DNA from: an uncultured bacterium
Lineage (GTDB): Bacteria > Omnitrophota > Omnitrophia > Omnitrophales > Abzuiibacteriaceae
Reading direction: 5' to 3'
Length of the DNA stretch: 64,000 nucleotides
NCBI GenBank assembly: GCA_964387845.1
Contig: CAYLXA010000002.1
Span: forward strand, 96,001 to 160,000
The notes beneath the pieces were generated by a model. It was not told where the DNA came from, ran no database searches, and saw only the letters and a list, made by a program, of their open reading frames with translations. The translations under genes were made by a program, and so were the position numbers. Of this stretch, positions 55,848 through 64,000 are shown one piece after another; positions within the stretch are counted from its first letter, which is position 1, and each line of letters opens with the position of its first letter.

Positions 55848-56780
55848 ATGAAATCTTACGCGTTTTTATTTCCCGGGCAAGGCGCTCAATATGCGGGAAT
55901 GGGGAAAAATGTCTACGAATCGTTTTCAGAGGCGAAACAAACTTTTGATCAAGCCGATCAAATTCTCGGTTTCCCGCTTTCGAAATTGTGTTTTGAGGGC
56001 CCGGAAGACGAGCTGACTAAAACAGTCAACGCGCAAATCGCAATTTTCGTAACCAGCATCGCAACACTTCGCGCTCTTCAAGCGCGTCGGCCGGATTTAA
56101 AGCCTGCTGCGACTTGCGGCCTGAGTCTCGGTGAATTTAGCGCGCTCGTTGCGTGCGAATCGCTTTCATTTGAAGATGGTGTAAAACTCGTCAAGCGGCG
56201 CGGCGAACTAATGCAGGAAGCGGGCAAAAAAAATCCGGGCTCTATGGTGTCCGTGATTGGCTTACCGCAAGCAGATTGCCAGACAGTTTGCGAGGAAGCG
56301 GGTGTCCAGATCGCCAACATCAATTCCTCGGAGCAGATTGTTCTGTCGGGTACCGTGCAGGGCATCGAAAAAGCAGCTGCTTTAGCAACACAAAAGGGAG
56401 CTAAGAAAGCCATTATATTGAAGGTGAGCGGCGCGTTCCATTCTCGCCTCATGCAAGACGCCATGAACGGGCTTGTAGAATACCTAAAAAACATTCAACT
56501 TAAAGACCCAAAGGCCGTATTTATTCCCAATGTAACCGGGTCTCCGGCAGGCACAGCCGATGAAATTCGCAAGCTCCTCGGAGAGCAAGTTACTCAATCG
56601 GTTCTCTGGACAAAGACGATCAGCTATTTGAAAACAAAAAATTTTTTAGATGCATTTGAAATCGGCCCCGGTAAGGTTTTAAAAGGTCTTGCGCGGCGCA
56701 TCGAGCCAACGATCCAAGTGGTCAATCTTGAGTCCAAAGATGATATCGAGCAGACGGTTAAAATTTTGGAAACGGTTTAA
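55848..56780 (+). CDS. fabD: malonyl-CoA:ACP transacylase
   Basis: FPGQGAQY, GLSLGEFSAL active Ser, GAFHS. Confidence 0.95.
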   Translation: MKSYAFLFPGQGAQYAGMGKNVYESFSEAKQTFDQADQILGFPLSKLCFEGPEDELTKTVNAQIAIFVTSIATLRALQARRPDLKPAATCGLSLGEFSALVACESLSFEDGVKLVKRRGELMQEAGKKNPGSMVSVIGLPQADCQTVCEEAGVQIANINSSEQIVLSGTVQGIEKAAALATQKGAKKAIILKVSGAFHSRLMQDAMNGLVEYLKNIQLKDPKAVFIPNVTGSPAGTADEIRKLLGEQVTQSVLWTKTISYLKTKNFLDAFEIGPGKVLKGLARRIEPTIQVVNLESKDDIEQTVKILETV

Positions 56781-57523
56781 TGAAACTCGCGGGTAAAGTC
56801 GCTATCATTACGGGGGCGGGGCAAGGAATCGGACGTGCGATTGCCGTTCAATTCGCAAAAAATGGAGCATCTACCGTTTTGGTTGGCCGGAGACCGGAGC
56901 CGCTTCAGCAGGTAGCGGATGAAATTTCAAAGAATTTCAACCAAAAATCAATTTGTTTGACATGCGATGTGTCTGATGTTAAACAAGTTGACGAAGTTAT
57001 CAAGAAAACGCTTGACACCCTAGGTCGCATCGATATACTTGTCAACAACGCGGGGGTCACGCGCGATCAATTGCTTGCGCTGATGACCGAAAGCGATTGG
57101 GACTCTGTTCTTTCGACAAACTTGAAAGGCTGTTTCTTATTCACGAAAGCGGTGTCGCGTCAAATGATCCGCCAGAGATGGGGCAGGGTTATTAACATGT
57201 CATCCGTGATCGGCGTAATGGGAAATGCCGGACAAGCCAACTATGCAGCATCGAAGGGCGGCATTATCGCCTTCACGAAAAGTGTCGCAAGGGAACTAGC
57301 CAAGCGAAGTATCACCGTGAATGCAATTGCGCCTGGGTTTATTGATACAGCAATGACTGCAGAGTTAAAAGAAGAAGCAAAAAAAGAACTCTTAAATCAA
57401 ATTCCTTTGGGAAGATTTGGAGTCCCTGATGATGTGGCCCATTCAGCTGTTTTTTTAGCGTCAGATGAAGCGGGTTATATCACCGGTCAGGTACTGCAAG
57501 TTTGTGGTGGAATGTTGACTTAA
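56780..57523 (+). CDS. fabG: 3-oxoacyl-ACP reductase
   Basis: ITGAGQGIGRA, NNAG, YAASKGG SDR motifs. Confidence 0.95.
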   Translation: MKLAGKVAIITGAGQGIGRAIAVQFAKNGASTVLVGRRPEPLQQVADEISKNFNQKSICLTCDVSDVKQVDEVIKKTLDTLGRIDILVNNAGVTRDQLLALMTESDWDSVLSTNLKGCFLFTKAVSRQMIRQRWGRVINMSSVIGVMGNAGQANYAASKGGIIAFTKSVARELAKRSITVNAIAPGFIDTAMTAELKEEAKKELLNQIPLGRFGVPDDVAHSAVFLASDEAGYITGQVLQVCGGMLT

Positions 57524-57547
57524 CGCTACTAACGAGGGAGAGACTAA

Positions 57548-57787
<240 letters not shown>

Positions 57788-57837
57788 GTGAGCGCATTCG
57801 CACTTCAAGTTGTCCAATTAATTAGTCTTCCTCTCAT

Positions 57838-59088
57838 ATGAAATCACGTGTCGTTGTCACCGGCGTTGGAGCCTTAACGCCGGTCGGCAACACAACTCAA
57901 CTCACATGGCAAAACATCGTCCAGGGCAAAAGCGGTACCGGACGGCTTACGCAGATTCCCCAAGAAATCGCGTCACACTTTAACTCCCAGGTTGCCGCCG
58001 AAATCAACAGCTTCGATCCGGCGCTTTACGTCACGCCGAAGCAAATCAAAAAAACCGACCGTTTTGTGCAATTTGCGCTCGCCGGTGCCAAAATGGCCAT
58101 CGAAAACGCCAAGCTTGATTTTTCGAAAGAAGATCCGTCTCAAGTCGGAGTTTTAGTCGGTTCGGGAATTGGCGGGCTTCGAACAATCGAAGAGCAATAC
58201 CAAACCATGCTGGAACGCGGGCCCGAAAAAATTTCGCCGTTTTTGATTCCCATGTTAATCGTTAATATGGCTCCGGGCCAAATTTCGATTCAGTATGGGC
58301 TAAAAGGGCCTAATAACTGCGTTGCAACCGCCTGCGCAACGGGCGCACATGCCATCGGCGATGCGTTCAAAATCATTCAGCGCGGTGAGGCAACCATTAT
58401 GCTTACGGGCGGCACCGAATCCTGCATTACGCCGCTTGGTTTCGGCGGATTTGATTCTATGAAAGCTTTGAGCACACACAATGAAGCGCCGGAAACGGCG
58501 TCGCGCCCCTTTGACAAAACCCGGAATGGTTTTGTGATGGGTGAAGGCTGCGGCGTTTTGGTTCTTGAAGAGCTGGAGCATGCGTTAAAGCGCAACGCTA
58601 CTATATATGCTGAAATTGTGGGTTATGGCATGACGTCTGATGCATCCCATATGACAGCCCCCGATCCGACGGGCGACGGAGCTTCCCGGTGCATGATCCG
58701 CGCCATGACCGATGCGGGTTTGAAGCCGGATGACATTGATTACATCAATGCGCACGGCACTTCCACAAGTTTAAATGACAAGGTCGAAACTTTGGCAATT
58801 AAGAACGCGCTTGGCCACGAGAGGGCTAAAAAAGTCATGGTCAGCTCCACCAAATCAATGACCGGGCATTTGCTAGGTGCGGCGGGCGGGGTAGAAGCCG
58901 TGTTTTGCGTTTTGGCTATCAAAGAAGGGATTGTGCCGCCCACCATTAACTATAAAAATCCGGACCCGGATTGCGACTTGGATTATGTGCCCAATGAAGC
59001 CAGAAAGTTTCAAATCCGTGCTGCGTTGTCGAATTCTCTCGGATTTGGCGGCCACAATGCCTCGCTTTGTTTCAAGAAGTACGCGTAA
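57838..59088 (+). CDS. fabF: 3-oxoacyl-ACP synthase II
   Basis: Active-site [30 protein letters not shown]. Confidence 0.95.
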   Translation: MKSRVVVTGVGALTPVGNTTQLTWQNIVQGKSGTGRLTQIPQEIASHFNSQVAAEINSFDPALYVTPKQIKKTDRFVQFALAGAKMAIENAKLDFSKEDPSQVGVLVGSGIGGLRTIEEQYQTMLERGPEKISPFLIPMLIVNMAPGQISIQYGLKGPNNCVATACATGAHAIGDAFKIIQRGEATIMLTGGTESCITPLGFGGFDSMKALSTHNEAPETASRPFDKTRNGFVMGEGCGVLVLEELEHALKRNATIYAEIVGYGMTSDASHMTAPDPTGDGASRCMIRAMTDAGLKPDDIDYINAHGTSTSLNDKVETLAIKNALGHERAKKVMVSSTKSMTGHLLGAAGGVEAVFCVLAIKEGIVPPTINYKNPDPDCDLDYVPNEARKFQIRAALSNSLGFGGHNASLCFKKYA

Positions 59089-59198
59089 AACCATCGCCTC
59101 ATAAACCACACCTTACATTTATCTGATATTTCTGCTAAACTTCTCCTTCTGACGGACGATAAATAAGTAATCAAATAACGTTGATTGGCATTTAGATT

Positions 59199-62100
59199 AT
59201 GCACCTTAAAAAATTAGAACTTTCTGGATTTAAATCCTTCTGCGATCCCACCGAAGTCGTTTTCGAAAAAGGTGTCACTTGCGTTGTCGGCCCAAACGGC
59301 TGCGGTAAGAGCAATATCTCAGACTCCATTCGCTGGGTTCTCGGCGAGCGTAGCGCTAAACTGCTCCGTGGTTCTAAAATGGAAGACGTGATTTTCCAGG
59401 GAACCGATTCGCGAAAGCCCGTCAATTTCGCCGAAGTATCACTCACGATCGATAACTCCGACCATTCGCTTCCGATCCAATATGAAGAAGTCGTCATTAC
59501 GCGCCGCTTGCACCGCTCCGGCGAAAGCGAATATTTGATTAATAAAACCGCATGCCGCTTGAAGGACGTTCAGAATTTGATTCTCGACACCGGGCTCGGC
59601 TCCAACACTTATTCAATGATCGAGCAGGGCCGCATTGATTACATTTTAAATGCCGAAGCCGAAGAGCGCCGCTTTTTGATTGAAGAAGCGGCGGGGATTT
59701 CGAAATTCAAAGTCAAAAAGGAAGAGGCGCTTCGAAAGCTAGACCACACCGAACAAAATTTGCTCCGCTTAAACGATATCATTGCCGAGGTTGAGCGGAA
59801 TATTAAATACGCCGAACGTCAGGCGCGGCGCGCTGAGAAATACAAAGAACATTTTGAAAAATTAAAAACACTCGAACTCACACGCCTTGCTCATACGGTT
59901 TCAAGGTTCAAAGAGCAGCTCGGTGCTTATTCCGGTGACCACGCATCGCTTCAAAAACTTACCGCCGAAGCCACGCAACAACTAAACGCATTGACCGAAA
60001 CGCTCCGTTCGGTTGAATCGGATTACAACACAGCTGAAAGCGCCTATCTAGAAGCAGAGCAAAACCGAATCAACGCCGAACATCAATTGACGTCAACATC
60101 GCGTGAAAGAGAAACGGTTCAGGAGCGCTATCATGAAACCAGAGCGCAAATCACTAAAACCGAGCAGGAAATCCAGAGCTTGATTGAAACCCTGGGTCAA
60201 CTCACGCAAGATTTAAAAGTAAAAGAATCCGAAATTGCCGTTTTTGAAGACAAAAAGCAGGCGCTTGAGCATGAAAAATCTGCTTTCGATACCCGATTGT
60301 CTCAACTTCTCGCCGAACTCAATCAGCGCAATGCGCAGTCTGTTGAATATCGTAACCAAAATTTTGAAATCGCAAGCCATATCGCGCAGGCTAAAAGCGA
60401 GCTCGGAAAATTGACGCTTGCGAGCGCAAACCGTTCCGATCAAAAGAATAAAATTTATGAATCAGCAGGCAAAACCACGGAAGAAATTAAATCTCTTCAA
60501 GCAACCCTTAGCAGCGCTGAACGCGCTTTGATTGACCTGAAGTCTGACGCCGGAACTAAAGAGAAAGTTGCGGAGGATTTGTTCCATCAAAAAGAAAATC
60601 TGGTTACTGTGCTTTCGCAAACCAGCGAAGAGCTGGTTATGACCAAAGAAAAGCTTTCTCAGACCGTTCACCGGCTCGAGCTCTTGAATGAACTAGACGG
60701 TGCAGGCTATGCCTGTGTCAAAGAAATGCTGGAAAAACGCAGCGACCTGGGCGAGCTGGAGCCGGGCAGTGTTAATGCATTCTTGGATTTGCTAGAAATT
60801 GAGGAAGGCTACGAAGTCGCTGCCGCTGCAGTGTTGGCCGATGTTTCGAAAGCCGTTGTCGCAGACAACGCCAAAACGGCGATTCAGCTTTTAAAACACA
60901 TTCAAACAAAAGGCCATCACCAGGCAACCATCCTCATCAAAGAGTTCTCTCAAAATCAATCCGCACCCAATCAGTCGACTGAGATCAAACACGAACTGAT
61001 TCAGACACGGCTCCTGGACAAAATCAAAATTAAAGAAGGTTACGAGGCAATGTTTCAAAGCCTTTTGGGCGATGTTTATGTGGTGGAGGAAATCACGCAT
61101 GAAAATTCCGCCCAACTTGCACCTTTGACCGAACAAAACCGGATTGTGTCGAAACGTGGTACCTATCTTAGCAACGGTTTTCATTTAGGGCTTCGCAACG
61201 GTTCCATCAAGCCGATTCAAGATTATTTAAATCGTGAACGTGAAAAGGGAGAGCTGATTCAGCTAGCCGATGAATTAAGCGCCGGATTAATCAAACTTAA
61301 TGAAACAAAAATTAAAGTTGAATCTGATTTAAAAGAGCTGGAAAGCAAAACAAAATCACACAATGCAGAGTTGATGGAAGCGCAAGTAGAGCTGCAGCGC
61401 CAAGAGTTGGCAATGCAATCCCTTCAGCAGCAATTGACTCGGTGCAACCAGGAAGTCGAGCTTGGCCAAACCGATTTACACGAACTAACACAGGAAGAAA
61501 AAAGTCAGTTGGAGTTGCGTGCCCAGCTAGAACAAACCGTTTCCGAACTAGAAGCAAAAGAACAAGAGGTTCTTGCTCATTTACAAACCAATGAGTCTTG
61601 GCAAGAGCAAAAGAAAACTGAAAAAGAAAATCTCATTATTGAAATTACGCGCTTCAAGACTTTGATTGAAGGCCAGACTGCAAGCGAAGCGCAGCTTGTC
61701 AAAACCGCGGAATTCCTAAAAACCAGCCAAGCAGACGGTGAAAGACGCCTTGAAAACCTCCGCCAAGAACTTCAAAGCCTTCAAACACGGACGGAATCGC
61801 TAAACACAAAATCACAAACCCTTGCATCGCAGGCCGAGCAGCTTCAAGCTGACTTAATTTCTTATTCAACGAAATCCGCACAGAAAAAGGAAGTTAGAGA
61901 CACTTTGTCGGTTAAAAAGTCGGAAGTCGCACAGCAAAATTTTGACCTTCAGCAGCAGCTCTCAGAAATCAAGACCAAAGTATACGATTCCGAGAAAAAA
62001 ACGATGGAACTCGAATATCAAAAAAATGCGGCAATTGAAAAAGTAAGAAATGTCTATCAGCTCACGATTTCAGAAGAAGATCTGGCGCGATATTCTCAGG

Positions 62101-62822
62101 ACGGGCTGAATTTAGAGCCGCTCGAAGCTGAACTTGCGGAGCTCAAATCAAAGGTAGAGTCAATCGGCACCGTTAACTTGCTGGCCATCGAAGAATATGA
62201 AGAAATGAAACAGCGTTTTGAATTTATGTCCGGCCAACGAAAGGACTTGGAGGACTCAAAGGAGCAATTAATCGAAGCCATTCGTAAAATCAACCGTGAA
62301 ACCAAAAAGCTTTTCGATGAGACGTTCGTCAAGGTCAGGGAAATGTTCCAGGCTTATTTCAAAATCTTATTTGAGGGCGGCCATGCTGATCTTGTGTTAG
62401 TCGATGAAACTAATCCTTTAGATTCCGGAATTGATATCATTGCACGCCCTCCGGGCAAAAAACCGCAGCACATTTCGCTATTATCAGGCGGCGAAAAGGC
62501 ATTAACGGCCATGGCTCTTTTATTCGCACTCTTCAAAGTCAAGCCGTCGCCTTTCTGCGTTCTGGACGAAGTCGACGCACCGCTTGATGAAGCCAACAAT
62601 GAGCGCTTTGTCCGCGTCGTGAAAGAATTTATCAACAACACGCAGTTTGTGATTGTGACCCACAGCCGCAAGACCATCGCGATGGGTAACACGCTTTACG
62701 GTGTGACCATGGAAGAGCCTGGCGTTTCTAAAATTGTCTCGGTCAAGGTCGGACACGACGGCAGCAGTCTCGAGCACGAAAACTCCAAGATTCAGAAAGA
62801 ACTCAATACGATTCTGCAATAA
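59199..62822 (+). CDS. smc: chromosome segregation protein SMC
   Basis: 1207 aa; N-terminal Walker A GPNGCGKSN, long coiled coils, hinge, C-terminal signature LSGGEKALTAMALLFAL and Walker B CVLDEVDAPLD. Confidence 0.95.
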   Translation: MHLKKLELSGFKSFCDPTEVVFEKGVTCVVGPNGCGKSNISDSIRWVLGERSAKLLRGSKMEDVIFQGTDSRKPVNFAEVSLTIDNSDHSLPIQYEEVVITRRLHRSGESEYLINKTACRLKDVQNLILDTGLGSNTYSMIEQGRIDYILNAEAEERRFLIEEAAGISKFKVKKEEALRKLDHTEQNLLRLNDIIAEVERNIKYAERQARRAEKYKEHFEKLKTLELTRLAHTVSRFKEQLGAYSGDHASLQKLTAEATQQLNALTETLRSVESDYNTAESAYLEAEQNRINAEHQLTSTSRERETVQERYHETRAQITKTEQEIQSLIETLGQLTQDLKVKESEIAVFEDKKQALEHEKSAFDTRLSQLLAELNQRNAQSVEYRNQNFEIASHIAQAKSELGKLTLASANRSDQKNKIYESAGKTTEEIKSLQATLSSAERALIDLKSDAGTKEKVAEDLFHQKENLVTVLSQTSEELVMTKEKLSQTVHRLELLNELDGAGYACVKEMLEKRSDLGELEPGSVNAFLDLLEIEEGYEVAAAAVLADVSKAVVADNAKTAIQLLKHIQTKGHHQATILIKEFSQNQSAPNQSTEIKHELIQTRLLDKIKIKEGYEAMFQSLLGDVYVVEEITHENSAQLAPLTEQNRIVSKRGTYLSNGFHLGLRNGSIKPIQDYLNREREKGELIQLADELSAGLIKLNETKIKVESDLKELESKTKSHNAELMEAQVELQRQELAMQSLQQQLTRCNQEVELGQTDLHELTQEEKSQLELRAQLEQTVSELEAKEQEVLAHLQTNESWQEQKKTEKENLIIEITRFKTLIEGQTASEAQLVKTAEFLKTSQADGERRLENLRQELQSLQTRTESLNTKSQTLASQAEQLQADLISYSTKSAQKKEVRDTLSVKKSEVAQQNFDLQQQLSEIKTKVYDSEKKTMELEYQKNAAIEKVRNVYQLTISEEDLARYSQDGLNLEPLEAELAELKSKVESIGTVNLLAIEEYEEMKQRFEFMSGQRKDLEDSKEQLIEAIRKINRETKKLFDETFVKVREMFQAYFKILFEGGHADLVLVDETNPLDSGIDIIARPPGKKPQHISLLSGGEKALTAMALLFALFKVKPSPFCVLDEVDAPLDEANNERFVRVVKEFINNTQFVIVTHSRKTIAMGNTLYGVTMEEPGVSKIVSVKVGHDGSSLEHENSKIQKELNTILQ

Positions 62823-62827
62823 CACCT

Positions 62828-63397
62828 ATGGATTACGTTTCAATCCGTAATCTGCCTAATTATTTAACCATTTTGAGAATTTTGCTCGTTCCGGCTTTTT
62901 ATACCATGCTGGTTTACTATCGTCCGGAAAATGATCAATATCGCTGGTACGCGCTAAGTCTTTTTATCTTTGCAAGCCTCACAGACGCCGCGGATGGTTT
63001 TATCGCACGCCGCTGGAAATGCAAAACCGAATTCGGGACCTTTTTAGACCCGTTGGCTGACAAACTGCTTCTGGTCTCGGCCTTTATTGGAATCAGTGTT
63101 TCTGCGCTTCCTGTCAAGCCGCCGCTTTGGGTTTTGTCTATCGTTATATTCCGGGAAATCATCATCCTGATCGGCTTGGCAGCGATTTTCGCCGCCACAC
63201 AATCACTTAAAATTCAACCGAACATGCTCGGAAAGGCCACAACTTTTTTTCAAATGCTGGCCATTATCGTATTGCTTGCCCAATACAAAATCGCCCTTTT
63301 TTTCTGGTTTCTCACCGCGAGCTTGACCGTCGCTTCGGGAATCGTCTATATTGTGCGCGAAATGAGGCGACTCAATGGTATCTCAATCTCCAAGTGA
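62828..63397 (+). CDS. pgsA: CDP-alcohol phosphatidyltransferase (phosphatidylglycerophosphate synthase-like)
   Basis: DAADGFIARRW...GTFLDPLADK CDP-OH_P_transf motif; 5 TM helices. Confidence 0.85.
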   Translation: MDYVSIRNLPNYLTILRILLVPAFYTMLVYYRPENDQYRWYALSLFIFASLTDAADGFIARRWKCKTEFGTFLDPLADKLLLVSAFIGISVSALPVKPPLWVLSIVIFREIIILIGLAAIFAATQSLKIQPNMLGKATTFFQMLAIIVLLAQYKIALFFWFLTASLTVASGIVYIVREMRRLNGISISK

Positions 63398-64000
63398 ATC
63401 AATTAAATCCCTGACTTCGACGCTGCAAAAGGTGGTTATCGTCGGCCGCCCCAATGCGGGCAAATCAACGCTTTTTAACCGCATTCTAGGCCGCCGCAAG
63501 GCCATTGTGCAGCATGAAAGCGGTACCACCCGCGACCGTGTTTATGGGAAAGTTTCCTGGCAGCATCGAAATTTTACCATGATCGATACCGGTGGCTTTA
63601 ATTTTAAAACCCAAACCGAGCTCGAGAACCTCGTAAACCGGGAAATTGAAAAGGGAATTAGGGAAGCGGCTTTGGTCGTTTTTCTGTGTGATGGCTCTAA
63701 CGGCCTTAATCCCATGGATGAACGCCTCTCGGAAAAATTACGCCGCCTAAAACACAAGGTCATCGTGTGTGTCAATAAACTGGATGAGCCTAAAAATTTT
63801 GCGCAAGGAGACGAATTCTTCAAACTTGGATTTCAAAATCTCGTCAAAATTTCGGCGCTTCACGGAATAGGCGTCGATGATCTACTGGACAGCATCGCCA
63901 AGCTTCTTCCCACGGAATCAAGCATCGCGACTTTGCCTGAGGATATCCTTTTCACTTTAAGCATTGTCGGCGAGCCCAACGTCGGAAAATCGACGTTTTT
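63375..64000 (+). CDS. der: ribosome-associated GTPase Der/EngA (3'-truncated by window edge)
   Basis: Open frame to window end not in ORF track; G1 GRPNAGKST, G3 DTGG, G4 NKLD, second GTPase domain begins GEPNVGKST at window end; alternative GTG start at 63432. Confidence 0.85.
   Translation, partial: MVSQSPSESIKSLTSTLQKVVIVGRPNAGKSTLFNRILGRRKAIVQHESGTTRDRVYGKVSWQHRNFTMIDTGGFNFKTQTELENLVNREIEKGIREAALVVFLCDGSNGLNPMDERLSEKLRRLKHKVIVCVNKLDEPKNFAQGDEFFKLGFQNLVKISALHGIGVDDLLDSIAKLLPTESSIATLPEDILFTLSIVGEPNVGKSTF

Noticed and set aside
57788-57812. Hairpin GTGAGCG-CATT-CGCAC after acpP as a terminator
   Set aside because: Short bulged stem and no following T-tract. At most a weak attenuator between acpP and fabF, not reported as a feature.

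Overview
All substantive genes in this 64 kb bacterial window are on the + strand, tightly packed with many ATGA/TAATG start-stop overlaps. GC is roughly 45-48%. No rRNA, tRNA, CRISPR array, integrase, transposase or phage genes were recognised. Part 1 (1-29.4 kb) is a large surface-polysaccharide locus. It holds a near-complete legionaminic-acid-type nonulosonic acid pathway: an SDR dehydratase, a DegT aminotransferase, a fused NeuC-NeuB protein, a NeuD/PglD acetyltransferase, a PtmE-like CBS-nucleotidyltransferase, a CMP-sugar synthetase, and a WbuXYZ-like acetamidino-forming amidotransferase trio (PP-loop protein plus HisH/HisF paralogues). It also encodes several GT2/GT4/GT28/GT-C glycosyltransferases, three methyltransferases, a 2OG-Fe(II) oxygenase, a TagF-like protein with an HP motif, an ABC exporter, a Wzy_C/O-antigen-ligase family protein, a WbaP-like initiating phosphotransferase, GmhB, and two SGNH hydrolases, one of which is frameshifted. 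Part 2 (29.4-64 kb) is mostly housekeeping: udg, priA, def, fmt, gap, an orphan atpC-like gene coupled to cdaA, an alpha-glucan cluster (glgB, GH57, malQ), pgk-tpiA-secG, recG, rsmD, coaD, yceD-rpmF-plsX-fabHDG-acpP-fabF, smc, pgsA and the 5' part of der. The stretch most worth a second look is 37.1-40.7 kb. It contains a promoter-to-terminator bounded ~235-nt unit with no annotated ORF (candidate sRNA with a 6S-like hairpin, or a 49-aa micro-protein). This is followed by a tightly coupled six-gene operon: a lipoprotein, a Cas4-like Fe-S PD-(D/E)XK nuclease, an SPFH lipoprotein, a DJ-1 protein, an unannotated 40-aa zinc-ribbon micro-ORF and a small membrane protein. Taxonomy cannot be assigned from sequence alone.
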